From Phycisphaerae bacterium (lineage in GTDB: Bacteria; Planctomycetota; Phycisphaerae; Sedimentisphaerales; SM23-30): DNA of 64,000 nt. The notes below the pieces were generated by a model. That model did not search any database, was not told the origin of the DNA, and worked only from the letters and a program-made list of their open reading frames with translations. Shown one piece after another: positions 46,140 to 57,153 of this stretch (position 1 is the stretch's first letter; each line of letters starts with the position of its first letter). The stretch is taken from NCBI GenBank assembly GCA_016342495.1, contig JAEIOG010000012.1, positions 2,832 to 66,831 of the forward strand. Reading direction: 5' to 3'. The position numbers were made by a program, and so were the translations under genes.

Positions 46140-47012
46140 ATGAAATCATACGAAATTGTATTAGCAGCTATAGATAAAGGTATTGGGCATGGGCCAATAC
46201 AAGATGTTTTCTTTGCTGGCAGCAAAACACAACCTGCGGTAATGAGTTATGTGGTAAATTTCCCGCGGTTATCAATGCCCATAAGCGGTTTCCATGAAAT
46301 GGAAATCGAGCAGAATGGCGAATCGGTGGTGATCACTCCGGGTGCGGGTCAGGCTATATTTGTCGGGCCAAACTGCTGGAATAAACCTACCTGGGATAAA
46401 AAATGTGAGGTTTTGACATTTTTGTTCGGGAAAAAACAAACTGGGGTGAGCCTGGTACGGTCGAACGGACATGGTTTGGAAGATATTACCGCAACTAAAA
46501 TCGCGATCCGCAAGCCCTTAAGCGGAGTTGGCGGCAATATTTTACAGACAATTATAGATTTACACAAAAAACACGCAGATTTTGGTGCCTTTGGCCAAAT
46601 GATAGAAGTATTGATTCATTGCTGTCGGATTGAGGTTGAAGAAAATCTGGCTAAGATGAACGATAATCAGAAAAGCAAATCATATTATCTACTGGAAGAT
46701 ATTTGTGCTTATATGCAGGAACATTTTCAATATGATATCACAAGGGATTATGTAGCCAAACAGTTTCGGATAACACCGAATCATCTGTCACGAATATTTA
46801 AGACCGAAGGGAATATGAACTTTTCAGATTACCTGACTTTTGTGCGGATAGACCGTGCAAAATTCATGCTGAGCCGTTATAATATGACTCTGGCGGAGAT
46901 AGCCCAGCGATGTGGATACCTGGATGCGGCGTATTTTTGCCGGGTATTTAAAAAGGTTACCAAGAGGACGCCAAATCAATATAGGGTAGAGTTTAATGAG
47001 AGAGAGAGATAG
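46140..47012 (+). CDS. AraC-family transcriptional regulator
   Basis: C-terminal double HTH (ITRDYVAKQFRITPNHLSRIFK...LAEIAQRCGYLDAAYFCRVFKKVTKRTPNQYR). Confidence 0.85.
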   Translation: MKSYEIVLAAIDKGIGHGPIQDVFFAGSKTQPAVMSYVVNFPRLSMPISGFHEMEIEQNGESVVITPGAGQAIFVGPNCWNKPTWDKKCEVLTFLFGKKQTGVSLVRSNGHGLEDITATKIAIRKPLSGVGGNILQTIIDLHKKHADFGAFGQMIEVLIHCCRIEVEENLAKMNDNQKSKSYYLLEDICAYMQEHFQYDITRDYVAKQFRITPNHLSRIFKTEGNMNFSDYLTFVRIDRAKFMLSRYNMTLAEIAQRCGYLDAAYFCRVFKKVTKRTPNQYRVEFNERER

Positions 47013-47064
47013 GAAGCGGCATAATCATACGGGAAAAAATGAACATTAAAAATATAACCCTTTA

Positions 47065-48954
47065 TTGAGCGTAATGGGCACAACTATGTTTCAAAATAAC
47101 ATTTTAATAACAATATATTCTAAATCAATAATAAAAACATGCCCAGTAATATTTATACTTCTTGCAGCGGCTACGGTATTAGTATTACCTCATTATCTTA
47201 AAGGGTTTCCTGTAGGGCACAGTATCATGTTCAATGTTTATTGGCAACAACATTTTACTGAACAATTTTTAGCAGGTGATTTTTATCCTCGCTGGCTGTT
47301 AAATTATCAGGAAGGACTTGGAACCCCGGTATTTTATTTTTATGGACCAATGCCATATTATTTATTAACTGCGATTGAAATGATATTTGGCAGTGATGGC
47401 GAAGGCTTCAGGACCCTGACGATAGGTCACATGTTGATATTTTTTCTATCAGGGGTTTCTTTTCATATATTAATATCGCGTTATACAGATAAATTCTGGG
47501 CAATATTGTTAGCTATTTTATATATGATAATACCCTATCATTATATTGACATAGAACGCAGAGCGGCTTTGGGGGAATCATTAGCTTATGTTTGGATACC
47601 ATTAGTAATCTCTGGTTTATGGAATAAGGAGAAGACCTGGAATCAATTGTTTTTAGCGGGGATATGCTATGGAGGATTGATACTTTCTCATATCCCAAGT
47701 GCAATGCTTTTTGTACCGGCTATAGCTATTTTCTCATTTTTTAGTGGCCAAAAAATAAATGTATTTGCATCTGCAGGGCGAGCAATATTTGTAGGTATCA
47801 CCGGTGCGGCTTTAAGTGCGATATATTTGATGCCAGCTATGACGATGCAAGATACTTTGCCACCGGACGCATGGGTCACAACAGTCGGGCGGGAGTATCA
47901 GGCTACGCAATGGTTATTAGGTGTATCATCACTTCCATCTTTTGGAGTTATGGCCTATATTGCTATTGCTATCAGCTCTTTAATTGGCATATTTTTCACA
48001 TTGTCCTATATTGTAATAAATAAGAAAACAGGACAAAATACTAAATCAACTAAAACAAGATGGAATTTGATTTTTGCATGTAATATCATCATTTTAGGCT
48101 GTTGGTTTCTTATGTCAATTTTCTCGAAACCTATTTGGGAAAATATATCAACATTATCTAAGGTACAATTTCCGTGGAGATTAGGCACTGTTGTTGATTT
48201 TTGTAGTGTATTTTTAATTAGTTTAACAGCACCACATATTTTTAACAATTTATTTTCTAAGCGGTTAATCAGAATAAAACGTCATATTGTAGTAAGAGCA
48301 ATAATACTTAGTTGTTTTTTTGGATTATGTGCTTATGGTTTGATATTGGGATATTTTCCGAAAACAGTAAAATCACAAATAGGTGTTAACGAACTGCCAG
48401 AGATTCAGCCCTGCTTTGATACCACACAAATATTGGCGGTTTGGCCTAGAGAATACCGGCCTAAATGGCTTATAGAAAGTGATATTTATCTAGCAGGTAA
48501 TAAAATTGAAGATCTCAGTGATATTGACATTGCTCCTACGCTGCATGATGATTCTAAAATAATATGGTGCAAGTTTGCTGAACCACTTGAGCCGATTGCG
48601 TCTTTGCGTGAACTGGGGACAGATGAGTCTGTGGTTATTGATATGAGGAAAACAGGAGATTCATTTATTGAAGCCAATTTAGAAGCCCCTGCGACTATTC
48701 GGGTTAAAAGGCTTTATTATCCTCATTGGAAATTGACTGGTAGTGCTGGTCAGGAGATCGAAGTTTATCCTGATAAGCAAAGTGGATTATTAGTTTTTGA
48801 TTTGCCAGAAGGTAAATACAAATTGACTCTAGGGCAGCGTTTGCTTGGGCCGGAAAAAGCTGGAATAGTGATATCACTGGTATCATTAATTGGGATACTG
48901 ATTTGTATTTGTACCTTTGGCCGACATAAAATAAATGAAAAGGTTAACAATTAG
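47065..48954 (+). CDS. Polytopic membrane protein, putative GT-C-fold glycosyltransferase (start uncertain)
   Basis: 629 aa with more than 10 predicted TM helices. N-terminal pattern FYPRWLLNYQEGLGTPVFYFYGPMPYYL. Large C-terminal soluble domain. The function call is tentative. Confidence 0.4.
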   Translation: MSVMGTTMFQNNILITIYSKSIIKTCPVIFILLAAATVLVLPHYLKGFPVGHSIMFNVYWQQHFTEQFLAGDFYPRWLLNYQEGLGTPVFYFYGPMPYYLLTAIEMIFGSDGEGFRTLTIGHMLIFFLSGVSFHILISRYTDKFWAILLAILYMIIPYHYIDIERRAALGESLAYVWIPLVISGLWNKEKTWNQLFLAGICYGGLILSHIPSAMLFVPAIAIFSFFSGQKINVFASAGRAIFVGITGAALSAIYLMPAMTMQDTLPPDAWVTTVGREYQATQWLLGVSSLPSFGVMAYIAIAISSLIGIFFTLSYIVINKKTGQNTKSTKTRWNLIFACNIIILGCWFLMSIFSKPIWENISTLSKVQFPWRLGTVVDFCSVFLISLTAPHIFNNLFSKRLIRIKRHIVVRAIILSCFFGLCAYGLILGYFPKTVKSQIGVNELPEIQPCFDTTQILAVWPREYRPKWLIESDIYLAGNKIEDLSDIDIAPTLHDDSKIIWCKFAEPLEPIASLRELGTDESVVIDMRKTGDSFIEANLEAPATIRVKRLYYPHWKLTGSAGQEIEVYPDKQSGLLVFDLPEGKYKLTLGQRLLGPEKAGIVISLVSLIGILICICTFGRHKINEKVNN

Positions 48955-48989
48955 GTGTCTGCCAAAAAAGGATTTCTTGAGGTTTCATA

Positions 48990-49472
48990 ATGTTTGAGGA
49001 ATATAATATTCGTAGATTCACCGAAGGTGATTTGGGTGGGGTTTATGATTTGATTCATGGGACGATAGATATTTGTTATGATGGTTTTTATTCGGGGAGG
49101 GCGATTGGGTATTTTCGAGGGTTTCATAGCCATGAGGGGATATTGAAACGTGGGAAAAATGATGATGTGGTTGTGATGGAAAACGATGGTGAGATTATTG
49201 CAACCGGGGCTCTTGTCGGCAATGAAATATGTGGGGTTTTTATTAGGGTTGATTTGCAAGGCCAAGGGTTAGGCCGGTTGGTAATGGGTAAGCTGGAAGG
49301 GATTGCCTGCGATAAGGGGATAGAAGAAGTGGTATTGAATGTTTCGCTGCCATCGCGAAAGTTTTATGAGAAGATGGGCTATGAGATTTATGAAGATTGC
49401 CAGATGGATGTTGGAGCGGGGGAGATTCTGGATTATTGGAAGGCGAGGAAGAGGTTGCTAATTGAGAGTTGA
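48990..49472 (+). CDS. GNAT-family N-acetyltransferase
   Basis: Acetyl-CoA-binding motif RVDLQGQGLGRLVMGKLE. Confidence 0.8.
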   Translation: MFEEYNIRRFTEGDLGGVYDLIHGTIDICYDGFYSGRAIGYFRGFHSHEGILKRGKNDDVVVMENDGEIIATGALVGNEICGVFIRVDLQGQGLGRLVMGKLEGIACDKGIEEVVLNVSLPSRKFYEKMGYEIYEDCQMDVGAGEILDYWKARKRLLIES

Positions 49473-49604
49473 GAATTATTGTGTCACTGTGCATTGAATA
49501 AAAACTTGACTATTTGTTGGCATCAATTATATTTAGTAGTGTTTATATTATTTAGTTGTTTTGGGAAGAAATAGCAGTAACATGCCAGATAGAAAGGTAA
49601 TTTG

Positions 49605-50684
49605 ATGTTTATTAAACAGAAATTTAGATTTGTGGTGTTGGTGGCAGTGTTTTGTTCTTGTGCATGGGCGCAAACGGATAGGAAAGATAAACCTGAGGTT
49701 TTTGATTCCAGCAAGGATATCAAAATTGTTGACAATGGCTATGTAGATGAATCGGAAGACAATGTGAGCTGGGAAGTGCAATTTATCGATAATTCATCTA
49801 AAGCTAAGCCCAGGTATGTGGCGATTGTTGATGTTCGCTATCACAATAATGTTGATACAGTTTTTTGGCGTTACCCTGATAGTTTAAAAAAGGCTGGGCT
49901 TGAATTGTCGAACAGGCAAATGGAATACCTCCAGAAAGTTTGGCAATATCGCAAAAATGGTAAGAAGATGGATTTCTCGATTAAAAGAATCGTAGGAAGT
50001 AAGGAGTCAAATTATACTTTCAAAGATGGTACATATAATAATGCTTTTTTTGTTTATCCTGCGGCAAGCAGGGCAGATGCCCAAGCGATGGCAAGGGTCT
50101 TGATAAAACTATTTGACCAGAAGGGAATGGATAACCTCGCTGAGACCCGGAAAGAAATTGCTAAGTTTGAAGCGGATGTTAAAAGATATCAAATGGATTT
50201 ATCGGAGAAGAAAGCCAAACTTAAAAAAGCTTTGGCAAATAATCCGGAAGATTTATCAGATTATTACAATAGTGCTAATGCCGCAGAATGGCTTAAGATT
50301 GTTTCGATGACCGATATTGAATTGCAGAGTATTAATGCCAGACTTGAAATTATCGCGGTTAAGAAAAAAGAATATGAGAAGAGAAATCATATCGCTATTG
50401 TTGACATGCTGGAGCATAAAGAACTTGAATTGCAGATAGAAGCTATCGGGTTAAAAGCCAAACGAGAAAAAGTTTTAAGTGAATACCAGATTTTTATTAC
50501 AAATCAGCAGGATAAGGATGCTATTAAAAACTATCCAAAAAATATAGAGAGTCTGGAGAATGGGATAACCCAATGGCAAAGAAATGCTTTTTCCAGGCAA
50601 AGATGGATTGATGATGGGAGTATGGGTTACTGCCCAGCCAGCAAGTTTATTGTTGAGCCGATATGTATTTGTCCGGTTAATTAG
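49605..50684 (+). CDS. Secreted hypothetical protein with a coiled-coil region
   Basis: Signal-like N-terminus MFIKQKFRFVVLVAVFCSCAWA. The ATG at 49605 follows the track's alternative start codon (TTG). Confidence 0.55.
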   Translation: MFIKQKFRFVVLVAVFCSCAWAQTDRKDKPEVFDSSKDIKIVDNGYVDESEDNVSWEVQFIDNSSKAKPRYVAIVDVRYHNNVDTVFWRYPDSLKKAGLELSNRQMEYLQKVWQYRKNGKKMDFSIKRIVGSKESNYTFKDGTYNNAFFVYPAASRADAQAMARVLIKLFDQKGMDNLAETRKEIAKFEADVKRYQMDLSEKKAKLKKALANNPEDLSDYYNSANAAEWLKIVSMTDIELQSINARLEIIAVKKKEYEKRNHIAIVDMLEHKELELQIEAIGLKAKREKVLSEYQIFITNQQDKDAIKNYPKNIESLENGITQWQRNAFSRQRWIDDGSMGYCPASKFIVEPICICPVN

Positions 50685-50800
50685 TGGCTAGTACAGATAA
50701 AGGAAATATGATAGAGAGTCGGTAGTGGTGTCACAATGGCATGTTTATTTGGGGGGGACGACGGGGATTATTTTCTGTTCTGTGATATTGTAAAATTAAA

Positions 50801-51952
50801 TCAGCTGTGGAATTTCTGGCGGTATTGGCGTGGGGTTTGGCCTTTTACCATGCGGAAGAAGCGGGCGATGTGTTCGACATCGGTAAAGCCGGTGCGGTCG
50901 GCGATCTGGGACATGGTCAGCCGGGTTTCCCGAAGCAGCCGGGCAATATAGTCGCCACGGACTTTTTTGATATACTCATTTACCGAACAATCCAAAGCTT
51001 TACGGAAACGATACTCCAGTGTACGGCGAGCCAGAGCAGTTTCACGGGCGACGTCGGCCACCTGTATGCCATGGCGGGCATTAAGACGAATGTAAGCAAG
51101 AGCATGGGAGATTTCAGGGTCATCGACAGCCAACACGTCGGTTGACTGGCGGGTTTCGATGTGGCTGGCATGGAGGATAAGGCGAGCGTTTTTGTCATAA
51201 GGTTCGAGCCGGAGCATTTTATCCATGAGCTCGGCAGTTTCATAGCCAATCTGTTCAAAATTCACCGCGACCGAAGATAAAGGTGGAGAAGATGAAAGGC
51301 AGATTACTTCATCATTATCGACACTGAGCAAAGCAACATCATCGGGAACCCGTAGCGAAGCACGTTTAGCCGAATCGATAATCTGGCGACCGAGGTCGTC
51401 ATTGCAGGCCAAGATCGCAATTGGCCGGGGCAGGGTTTTAAGCCAATCGGCGATAGCAAGCAATTGGATGTCAAGCGGTACACGACGATAGAAATCTATT
51501 GAAAAATCGGCAAAGCGACCACCGGATTCATTAACCAATCTGGCAAAAGCAGCACCACGCCGAAGAGACCAGCCAATGTCGGCATAGCCACAATAAGCGA
51601 AGTTTTTGAAGCCACGTTGGGAAAAATGTTCCATAGCCATCGCCGCGACACCTTCGGAGTCACCAATGATATTTGGCACGCCATCGATTGTGCCACGCAC
51701 ATCAACGCCGATAACAGGGATGTTCATATCGATTATCTGCTGGGGGATTTTGGAGCTTTCCAGGATCATGCCATCGGCGAGCCAGTCTTCTGAATCAGTA
51801 CCGGGATAATCGACGCTGCGGTAGTTGGGAGATTCCAGGGTGAGGTACCATTGACCATAAAGCTGACAATAACGGCCAACGCCCCGGAGTATGCCCCGAC
51901 CACTGACACGTGAAGTGTCGATTTTCAGCAAGATTTTCGGTATTGACTTCAT
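50801..51952 (-). CDS. XylR-type regulator (periplasmic-binding-protein-like sugar sensor + AraC HTH)
   Basis: 383 aa. LacI/PBP-like N-terminal domain and a C-terminal AraC HTH (LTMSQIADRTGFTDVEHIARFFRMVKGQTPRQYR). Confidence 0.8.
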   Translation of the reverse strand: MKSIPKILLKIDTSRVSGRGILRGVGRYCQLYGQWYLTLESPNYRSVDYPGTDSEDWLADGMILESSKIPQQIIDMNIPVIGVDVRGTIDGVPNIIGDSEGVAAMAMEHFSQRGFKNFAYCGYADIGWSLRRGAAFARLVNESGGRFADFSIDFYRRVPLDIQLLAIADWLKTLPRPIAILACNDDLGRQIIDSAKRASLRVPDDVALLSVDNDEVICLSSSPPLSSVAVNFEQIGYETAELMDKMLRLEPYDKNARLILHASHIETRQSTDVLAVDDPEISHALAYIRLNARHGIQVADVARETALARRTLEYRFRKALDCSVNEYIKKVRGDYIARLLRETRLTMSQIADRTGFTDVEHIARFFRMVKGQTPRQYRQKFHS

Positions 51953-52079
51953 AAAGATATTTTAACCGATTTATTTAAAATTGGCAAGTTTATAGGCAAC
52001 CGTGGCATTGTCTATTTTCTGGTGCAGACAAGGGCCCGCTAATGTGCGGACCCTTGTAATTCTGGTTTTGAGTGTAAAA

Positions 52080-55000
52080 TTATTTTATGGTGATTTTGAA
52101 AGTTCCTTTAATATGGTCGCCGGGTTTTAGGGGTTTATCGAATTTTGATGCATGGCCACGGAAGAAGCCTTCGCATCCGGCATTAGAATAGCCCGCGACC
52201 AGCATTTTTACAGAGTCGGTATCATACCAGCAGCGAACATGGGCATCGGCGTTGGCGTGGATGGTAAGGCCATCTTTAGCATCCGGGCCCAAGGTTGCGG
52301 TATAGACATTAGTCTTGGTAGAGCAGAAATCAACCAGACCGAGATTGGTATTATCCTGAGACCATGGATTAGTTGGCCGGGTTGTCGGGCCGGTTGATGG
52401 GACACGGGTGTCATTAGTGAAAATCGGGGCGGTGCCATTTAGTCGGGCGATATGGTCGTCTGGGTAGGTGGTCCAGATGCCTTTGCGATGCCAGGTTAGG
52501 AATTTGGCATAATCGGTTGGCAAAGAGAAAACCAGGCCCCATTGACGCGGGTTGATTTTTTCGGTGACTTCGAAATCATAGGAAAAATCGAGGATGTCAT
52601 CGGTAATCGTTGCGCTATAGAAACCTTTGGCAGATTTAGATTCGGCATTTACTTTAATGGTATCGCCATTTTTTGTTACGGTGGTTACTTTCCAGTTTTC
52701 AACGGTATTGGTTAAAGGTGGATAAGGTTTATAACCGGGGGTCATTTGAGTGCAGCCTTCGCTGGAAAGCGGCAGTAGCATAAGTTTGGGAGCATGGACT
52801 TTTAAGCGATTGGATGCAATTATAAAATCATTATCCAGGCTGGTCATCTTGATTGGTGATGCTTTAGCTACCGTGGTTTTAAATTCAGTTAGCGGCAGGT
52901 TAAAATCATCGATCATTTGGCCAGCGGCATTAGTAAAAGTCAGGATTAAGCTATCGCCTTGGGTAAATGGTATTTCGAGTGAGCCTTTGGAATGGGGGGC
53001 GATATTGGATTTGACTTTACCGGTACGGTTGGCGATTTTCCAGTTGATATCCAGTTCGCTGGTATTGGTGAAGTCATGACGGTTTTCAATATCGACGATG
53101 ATTTTATTGCCTTTGATGGTTGGCTGTTGAGAAACCAGACGTATGGGAGAATAAGTCTTTTTGACGTGATGATATTCGGGTTTGGGGCGACGCCATGCAT
53201 CGATTGGGCCCCAGGCGCCATAGCCTACGGTTTGGCCATCGGGCAGATGGGTAGTGTCATCGATACCAGACCAGATCGCACCGCCGAGCATCCCATGAGA
53301 ATTATACATATAGTCCCACATATCGCGGAGACCTTCACCCCAGGCGTTACGGATGCCGGGGTCGGTTTCCAGTTCACGGCGATTGTAGCTATTGAGGTGG
53401 CAATATTCACCAAAGATCAATGGGCGAGTGTGTTTGGCGATCATTTCAGGGCTATAGCCACGGCCGGGATAATGGAAGTTGGCAACTTGCGCTTCGCTGT
53501 GAGCATTGTTGTATGTGCCTACGCATTGATCGTGGAAAGAATTTGGTCGGGAAGTATCAAAGATTTCGACCTGGGTTAAAACATCCCGCCATAATGGTGA
53601 CCAGCGTGATTCATTCGCCAGTGACCAGATAATGATACTGGGGTGATTATAATTGAAAGCTATGTTTTCGAGATTGGCCTGCAGGAGGTATGGGTAAATT
53701 TTTCGATCGAGATAATTCCAACCTTGGCGCCAGTTAGTGTTGGCACCGTGCTGAACCCAGCATAAGGCGGTTTCGCATTCTACAAATAAACCGATTTCAT
53801 CACAATAGTCGAGGAATTCTTCGGCAGGCGGATAGTGGGATGTGCGGATGTAGTTGCAATTAGCCTGTTTGTAAAGCTGGGCATCGGTGCGCCACTGCCA
53901 ATCGGTAAGTGAACGGCCGCGCAGTGGGTCGATTTCGTGGCGGTTGACACCACGGAGCTTGATTGGTTGGCCATTGACGAAAACTTCTTTAGAGCGGATT
54001 TCTACCTGGCGGAAACCAAAACGTTGGGTTACGGTTTCGATTACTTTATTGTCGGCGATTAAATCGCATTGGAGATAATAAAGGTTGGGATGTTCGGGGT
54101 CCCATTTATCAGGGTTGGGGACATTGATATTTATGGTTTGATTTTTGAAATCTTCGACTTTGATATTGTCGATGGTTTTTGTTAGCAGTGGTTGGGATGT
54201 TTTGTTTTTTAATAATGATGCACGAACTGAAACGGAGGTCTTGGAATTATTTTCATTGGCAAGGATAGTTTGGACCGAAAGTGTGGCATCGCAATAATTT
54301 TTATCGAAGGTGGTATTAACCCGTAAATTAGCGATATTGATTTCGGGAAGAGCCTTGAGATAGATTTTGCGGGTTATGCCACCGAGCGGATGGACAGCAT
54401 ATTGACTGGCAGAGGCTAAAACGTCGGCTGTTGATTCATTAATTATAGTCATGGCGATAGTATTGGAGCCGGATTTTACCTGGTCGGTAATGTCGAATTC
54501 AAAGGCGGCGAAGCCACCATCGTGGATGCCAACGAGTTGGCCATTGACGTAGATTTTAGCTTCGCCATGAACCGTGTCGCAATGCAGTTTGATGCGTTTT
54601 GTGGCCCAGTCTGTGGGAAGATTGAAAGTTTTAAAATATGCTGCCGGGGTGCCCGGTTCGACATTGAAGCCTTGCATGACCCATTCGCCGGGAACATCAA
54701 TATTTTTGAAGTCGGCAGAAGGTTTTATTATTGTTGAGATATCTTCAGGGGCTTTGGGGTTAAAAAGCCATTTGCCATCAAGATAGAGTATTGGGTTTTT
54801 GACTCCTGCAGTATGGATTGGTTTGGGTGAAATTTTGGTGCCAAAAACTTCGACATGATTCAAGGAAGTTTCCATATTATAGTCATCCTTGCTGGCGGTT
54901 ATTTTTATTTTATTCAGGGATGGGTTATCGAGCTGCCATGATGTTGGAAGCTTGATGATGACTTTGCCGTCGGATCCGGTTTTGGTGGTGATTTTTTGGT

Positions 55001-55583
55001 CGGCAGAGGTGATGTTCACATCGACATTTGGCACAGGAGTATCGTTAAGACGATTAAAGGCATAACCAGTGATAGTGGAATCGATATTGGCGGAGAAAGT
55101 TATTTTGGTCAGCGGGCCAATGACCGGATCGTTGGAATATAATTCGATAGATGATATTACAGCATTAGAACCGGAAATCATTTTGAATTTGAGGTCAATC
55201 TGGGAATCTGTATAATGTTCTTTAGCTATGGTTAAATTGACAGGGGTGAGCTTATTGGATAATAAATTTATTTTGCCATAGGAATTGTCATTAATAAAAA
55301 TTTCCTGGTGACGGGCATCATCAGAAAGGAAAAGCAGTCGCAGGGAATATTGAGCATTGGGGTTTAGACCTTTATAGCGATAAATAACTTCATCGCCAAA
55401 AGAAACATTTCGGGCGATACTGTCCTGATCACCGGGGAAGGTGTAGGGTTGGCCCTTAATGAGATTGGGCTGTTGGCCTTTGACACCGCAATTATCCTGG
55501 GCGACCAGATGCATAATAGAATCGGAAGCTAAAGTAAATTGAGTGAGCATTAACAGGATGGCGATGAGTTTCAGTTTTTTCAT
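52080..55583 (-). CDS. Secreted glycoside hydrolase family 2 protein (beta-galactosidase/beta-mannosidase-like) with extra N- and C-terminal domains
   Basis: 1167 aa with a signal peptide. GH2 TIM-barrel motifs NCNYIRTSHYPPAEEFLDYCDEIGLFVECE and IIWSLANES. Confidence 0.8.
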   Translation of the reverse strand: MKKLKLIAILLMLTQFTLASDSIMHLVAQDNCGVKGQQPNLIKGQPYTFPGDQDSIARNVSFGDEVIYRYKGLNPNAQYSLRLLFLSDDARHQEIFINDNSYGKINLLSNKLTPVNLTIAKEHYTDSQIDLKFKMISGSNAVISSIELYSNDPVIGPLTKITFSANIDSTITGYAFNRLNDTPVPNVDVNITSADQKITTKTGSDGKVIIKLPTSWQLDNPSLNKIKITASKDDYNMETSLNHVEVFGTKISPKPIHTAGVKNPILYLDGKWLFNPKAPEDISTIIKPSADFKNIDVPGEWVMQGFNVEPGTPAAYFKTFNLPTDWATKRIKLHCDTVHGEAKIYVNGQLVGIHDGGFAAFEFDITDQVKSGSNTIAMTIINESTADVLASASQYAVHPLGGITRKIYLKALPEINIANLRVNTTFDKNYCDATLSVQTILANENNSKTSVSVRASLLKNKTSQPLLTKTIDNIKVEDFKNQTININVPNPDKWDPEHPNLYYLQCDLIADNKVIETVTQRFGFRQVEIRSKEVFVNGQPIKLRGVNRHEIDPLRGRSLTDWQWRTDAQLYKQANCNYIRTSHYPPAEEFLDYCDEIGLFVECETALCWVQHGANTNWRQGWNYLDRKIYPYLLQANLENIAFNYNHPSIIIWSLANESRWSPLWRDVLTQVEIFDTSRPNSFHDQCVGTYNNAHSEAQVANFHYPGRGYSPEMIAKHTRPLIFGEYCHLNSYNRRELETDPGIRNAWGEGLRDMWDYMYNSHGMLGGAIWSGIDDTTHLPDGQTVGYGAWGPIDAWRRPKPEYHHVKKTYSPIRLVSQQPTIKGNKIIVDIENRHDFTNTSELDINWKIANRTGKVKSNIAPHSKGSLEIPFTQGDSLILTFTNAAGQMIDDFNLPLTEFKTTVAKASPIKMTSLDNDFIIASNRLKVHAPKLMLLPLSSEGCTQMTPGYKPYPPLTNTVENWKVTTVTKNGDTIKVNAESKSAKGFYSATITDDILDFSYDFEVTEKINPRQWGLVFSLPTDYAKFLTWHRKGIWTTYPDDHIARLNGTAPIFTNDTRVPSTGPTTRPTNPWSQDNTNLGLVDFCSTKTNVYTATLGPDAKDGLTIHANADAHVRCWYDTDSVKMLVAGYSNAGCEGFFRGHASKFDKPLKPGDHIKGTFKITIK

Positions 55584-55642
55584 GTTCTTATTCCTTTAAA
55601 TATTTAAATATTCCATGTCACTTACGCTGCATGATTTATATT

Positions 55643-56686
55643 TTATTGTTTGGCTGCTTCGTAGAAAGTTTGGATATTTTCTAATGATGTATCGGCTTGT
55701 ATATGGTGGGCAGGGGAGAGAATATATCCACCATCTTTGCCGCATTCGTTTTTCAATTTGCTGATAGCCTGATGGATTTGGGCGGGTGTGCCATTGGGCA
55801 TGAGCTGCTGGACACAGACACCGCCAAAAAGAGAAAGCCTATCGCCATAGCGTTTTTTAACTTCGAAAGGACTGATGGCCATCGGCTGAAGTGGATTTAG
55901 AACATCCAGACCGATTTCAATCATATCATCGATGAAATCCATGCAGTTGCCACAGCTATGATAAGCAATTTTAATATTGGGGTTCAGGCGTTTGCAATTA
56001 TCGAAAAGTTCGGCCAGACGAGGTTTAAAGAATTTCCGCCACATCCGCATTGACAACATCATATTCTGTTGACAGGCAATATCATCACCAAACCAGACCA
56101 TGTCTGCACCCATTTCGATGAATTTGGCGGTGGAAACTTTGGGGAATTGCATGACTTTATCTATCAGGGTTGTCGCGTAATCCTGATTCAGGGCCAAATC
56201 AACCATGAAATCTTCCATGCCACGCAGGTACCAACAGGCTTCAAAGATACTGATCTGATTTGAGCCAATCATCCATTTCTCTTTGCCATAGAGTTTCATT
56301 TTTTTACGAAAATCGTCATATTGGGTTTCTTCATAAGGGTCGGGGATTTGAAAATTGTCAATTTTGCTTAAATCTCCGGCAAGGGGATGTTCGTCAATTT
56401 CGGTGAAAGTGCCAAATTCATTATCGATATATTGCCAGGTTATGCCCCATGGGTCAACATAACGGGGGTGTGGTTGGCCATAGAAACTCATTTCCAGACC
56501 TACACAACTTTTGACCATATCATTCCCCAGAGCGACACCCATATCGTATTCGGTAATATTCTGCTCAGTTCGGATAGCTTGTTCGATTTCAGGTACAAAA
56601 GAGGCAAAAAATGGAGTGCGGTCGGGTTGCTGATGGTTCAGAGCCATAGCTATGCGTTGTTTTGAGTTCATAAGTAAAGCTTTCAC
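55643..56686 (-). CDS. Uroporphyrinogen decarboxylase (URO-D) family protein
   Basis: 347 aa with a URO-D/MtaA-like layout (PDRTPFFASF...; YHSCGNCMDFIDDMIEIGLDVLNPLQP). Confidence 0.7.
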   Translation of the reverse strand: MKALLMNSKQRIAMALNHQQPDRTPFFASFVPEIEQAIRTEQNITEYDMGVALGNDMVKSCVGLEMSFYGQPHPRYVDPWGITWQYIDNEFGTFTEIDEHPLAGDLSKIDNFQIPDPYEETQYDDFRKKMKLYGKEKWMIGSNQISIFEACWYLRGMEDFMVDLALNQDYATTLIDKVMQFPKVSTAKFIEMGADMVWFGDDIACQQNMMLSMRMWRKFFKPRLAELFDNCKRLNPNIKIAYHSCGNCMDFIDDMIEIGLDVLNPLQPMAISPFEVKKRYGDRLSLFGGVCVQQLMPNGTPAQIHQAISKLKNECGKDGGYILSPAHHIQADTSLENIQTFYEAAKQ

Positions 56687-57020
56687 AGTGGTTTAAGTAA
56701 GAATTAGCTAGATAGTATATTCAGAGAACCTCTCAAAATTAAATTTTGTTTGAGAGCGAATCTTTTTCCGGCTGAACTGCGGATCGAAAAACCGCAAATA
56801 TCTACAAATATGCACGATTCTTTGTTCTTGTCGGGTGAAAAAAATCTTATACTCTCAGCTCAAAAGCAATTATTAGAGATGCCCTTTAAGTATATCCTAT
56901 CTTACTCGAAAAAACTGAAAAGTCTCAACCAAATATCGCAGAAAACAAACCAGTTTGCGCAAGGTAAAGTGTGGGAAGCAGGTGACGCAGATAAATTTGG
57001 ATAGTGATTGTGGCAATAAA

Positions 57021-57056
57021 AAAATCCTCGAGCTTTCAGGATCGGCTGAGGATTTT
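57021..57056 (-). terminator. Bidirectional-looking intrinsic terminator downstream of recA
   Basis: aaaatcctc (57021-57029) / gaggatttt (57048-57056), with an A-run on one side and a T-run on the other. Confidence 0.7.
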
Positions 57057-57153
57057 TTTAACGATTTGAGGTAATCGTGGGTATTGGTTATTTAATTATA
57101 GCAAGGTCTGATAACTAAAAGTGACTATATGGCCAGAATTTTGTTATTTTTTC

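Noticed and set aside
52152-54786. Multiple 60-195-aa ORFs on both strands inside the GH2 gene (for example 52992-53579).
   Set aside because: They all overlap a 1167-aa ORF with clear GH2 motifs and are treated as frame shadows. The same reasoning applies to ORFs nested in the DrmA/DrmB/DrmE-position genes, yidC, dhaK, the EBP gene, the integrase and the MTase genes.
56750-57004. 84-aa plus-strand ORF between the URO-D gene and recA.
   Set aside because: It has no RBS and no motif, and it occupies the expected promoter/leader region of the URO-D-family gene. It cannot be excluded, but it is unsupported.
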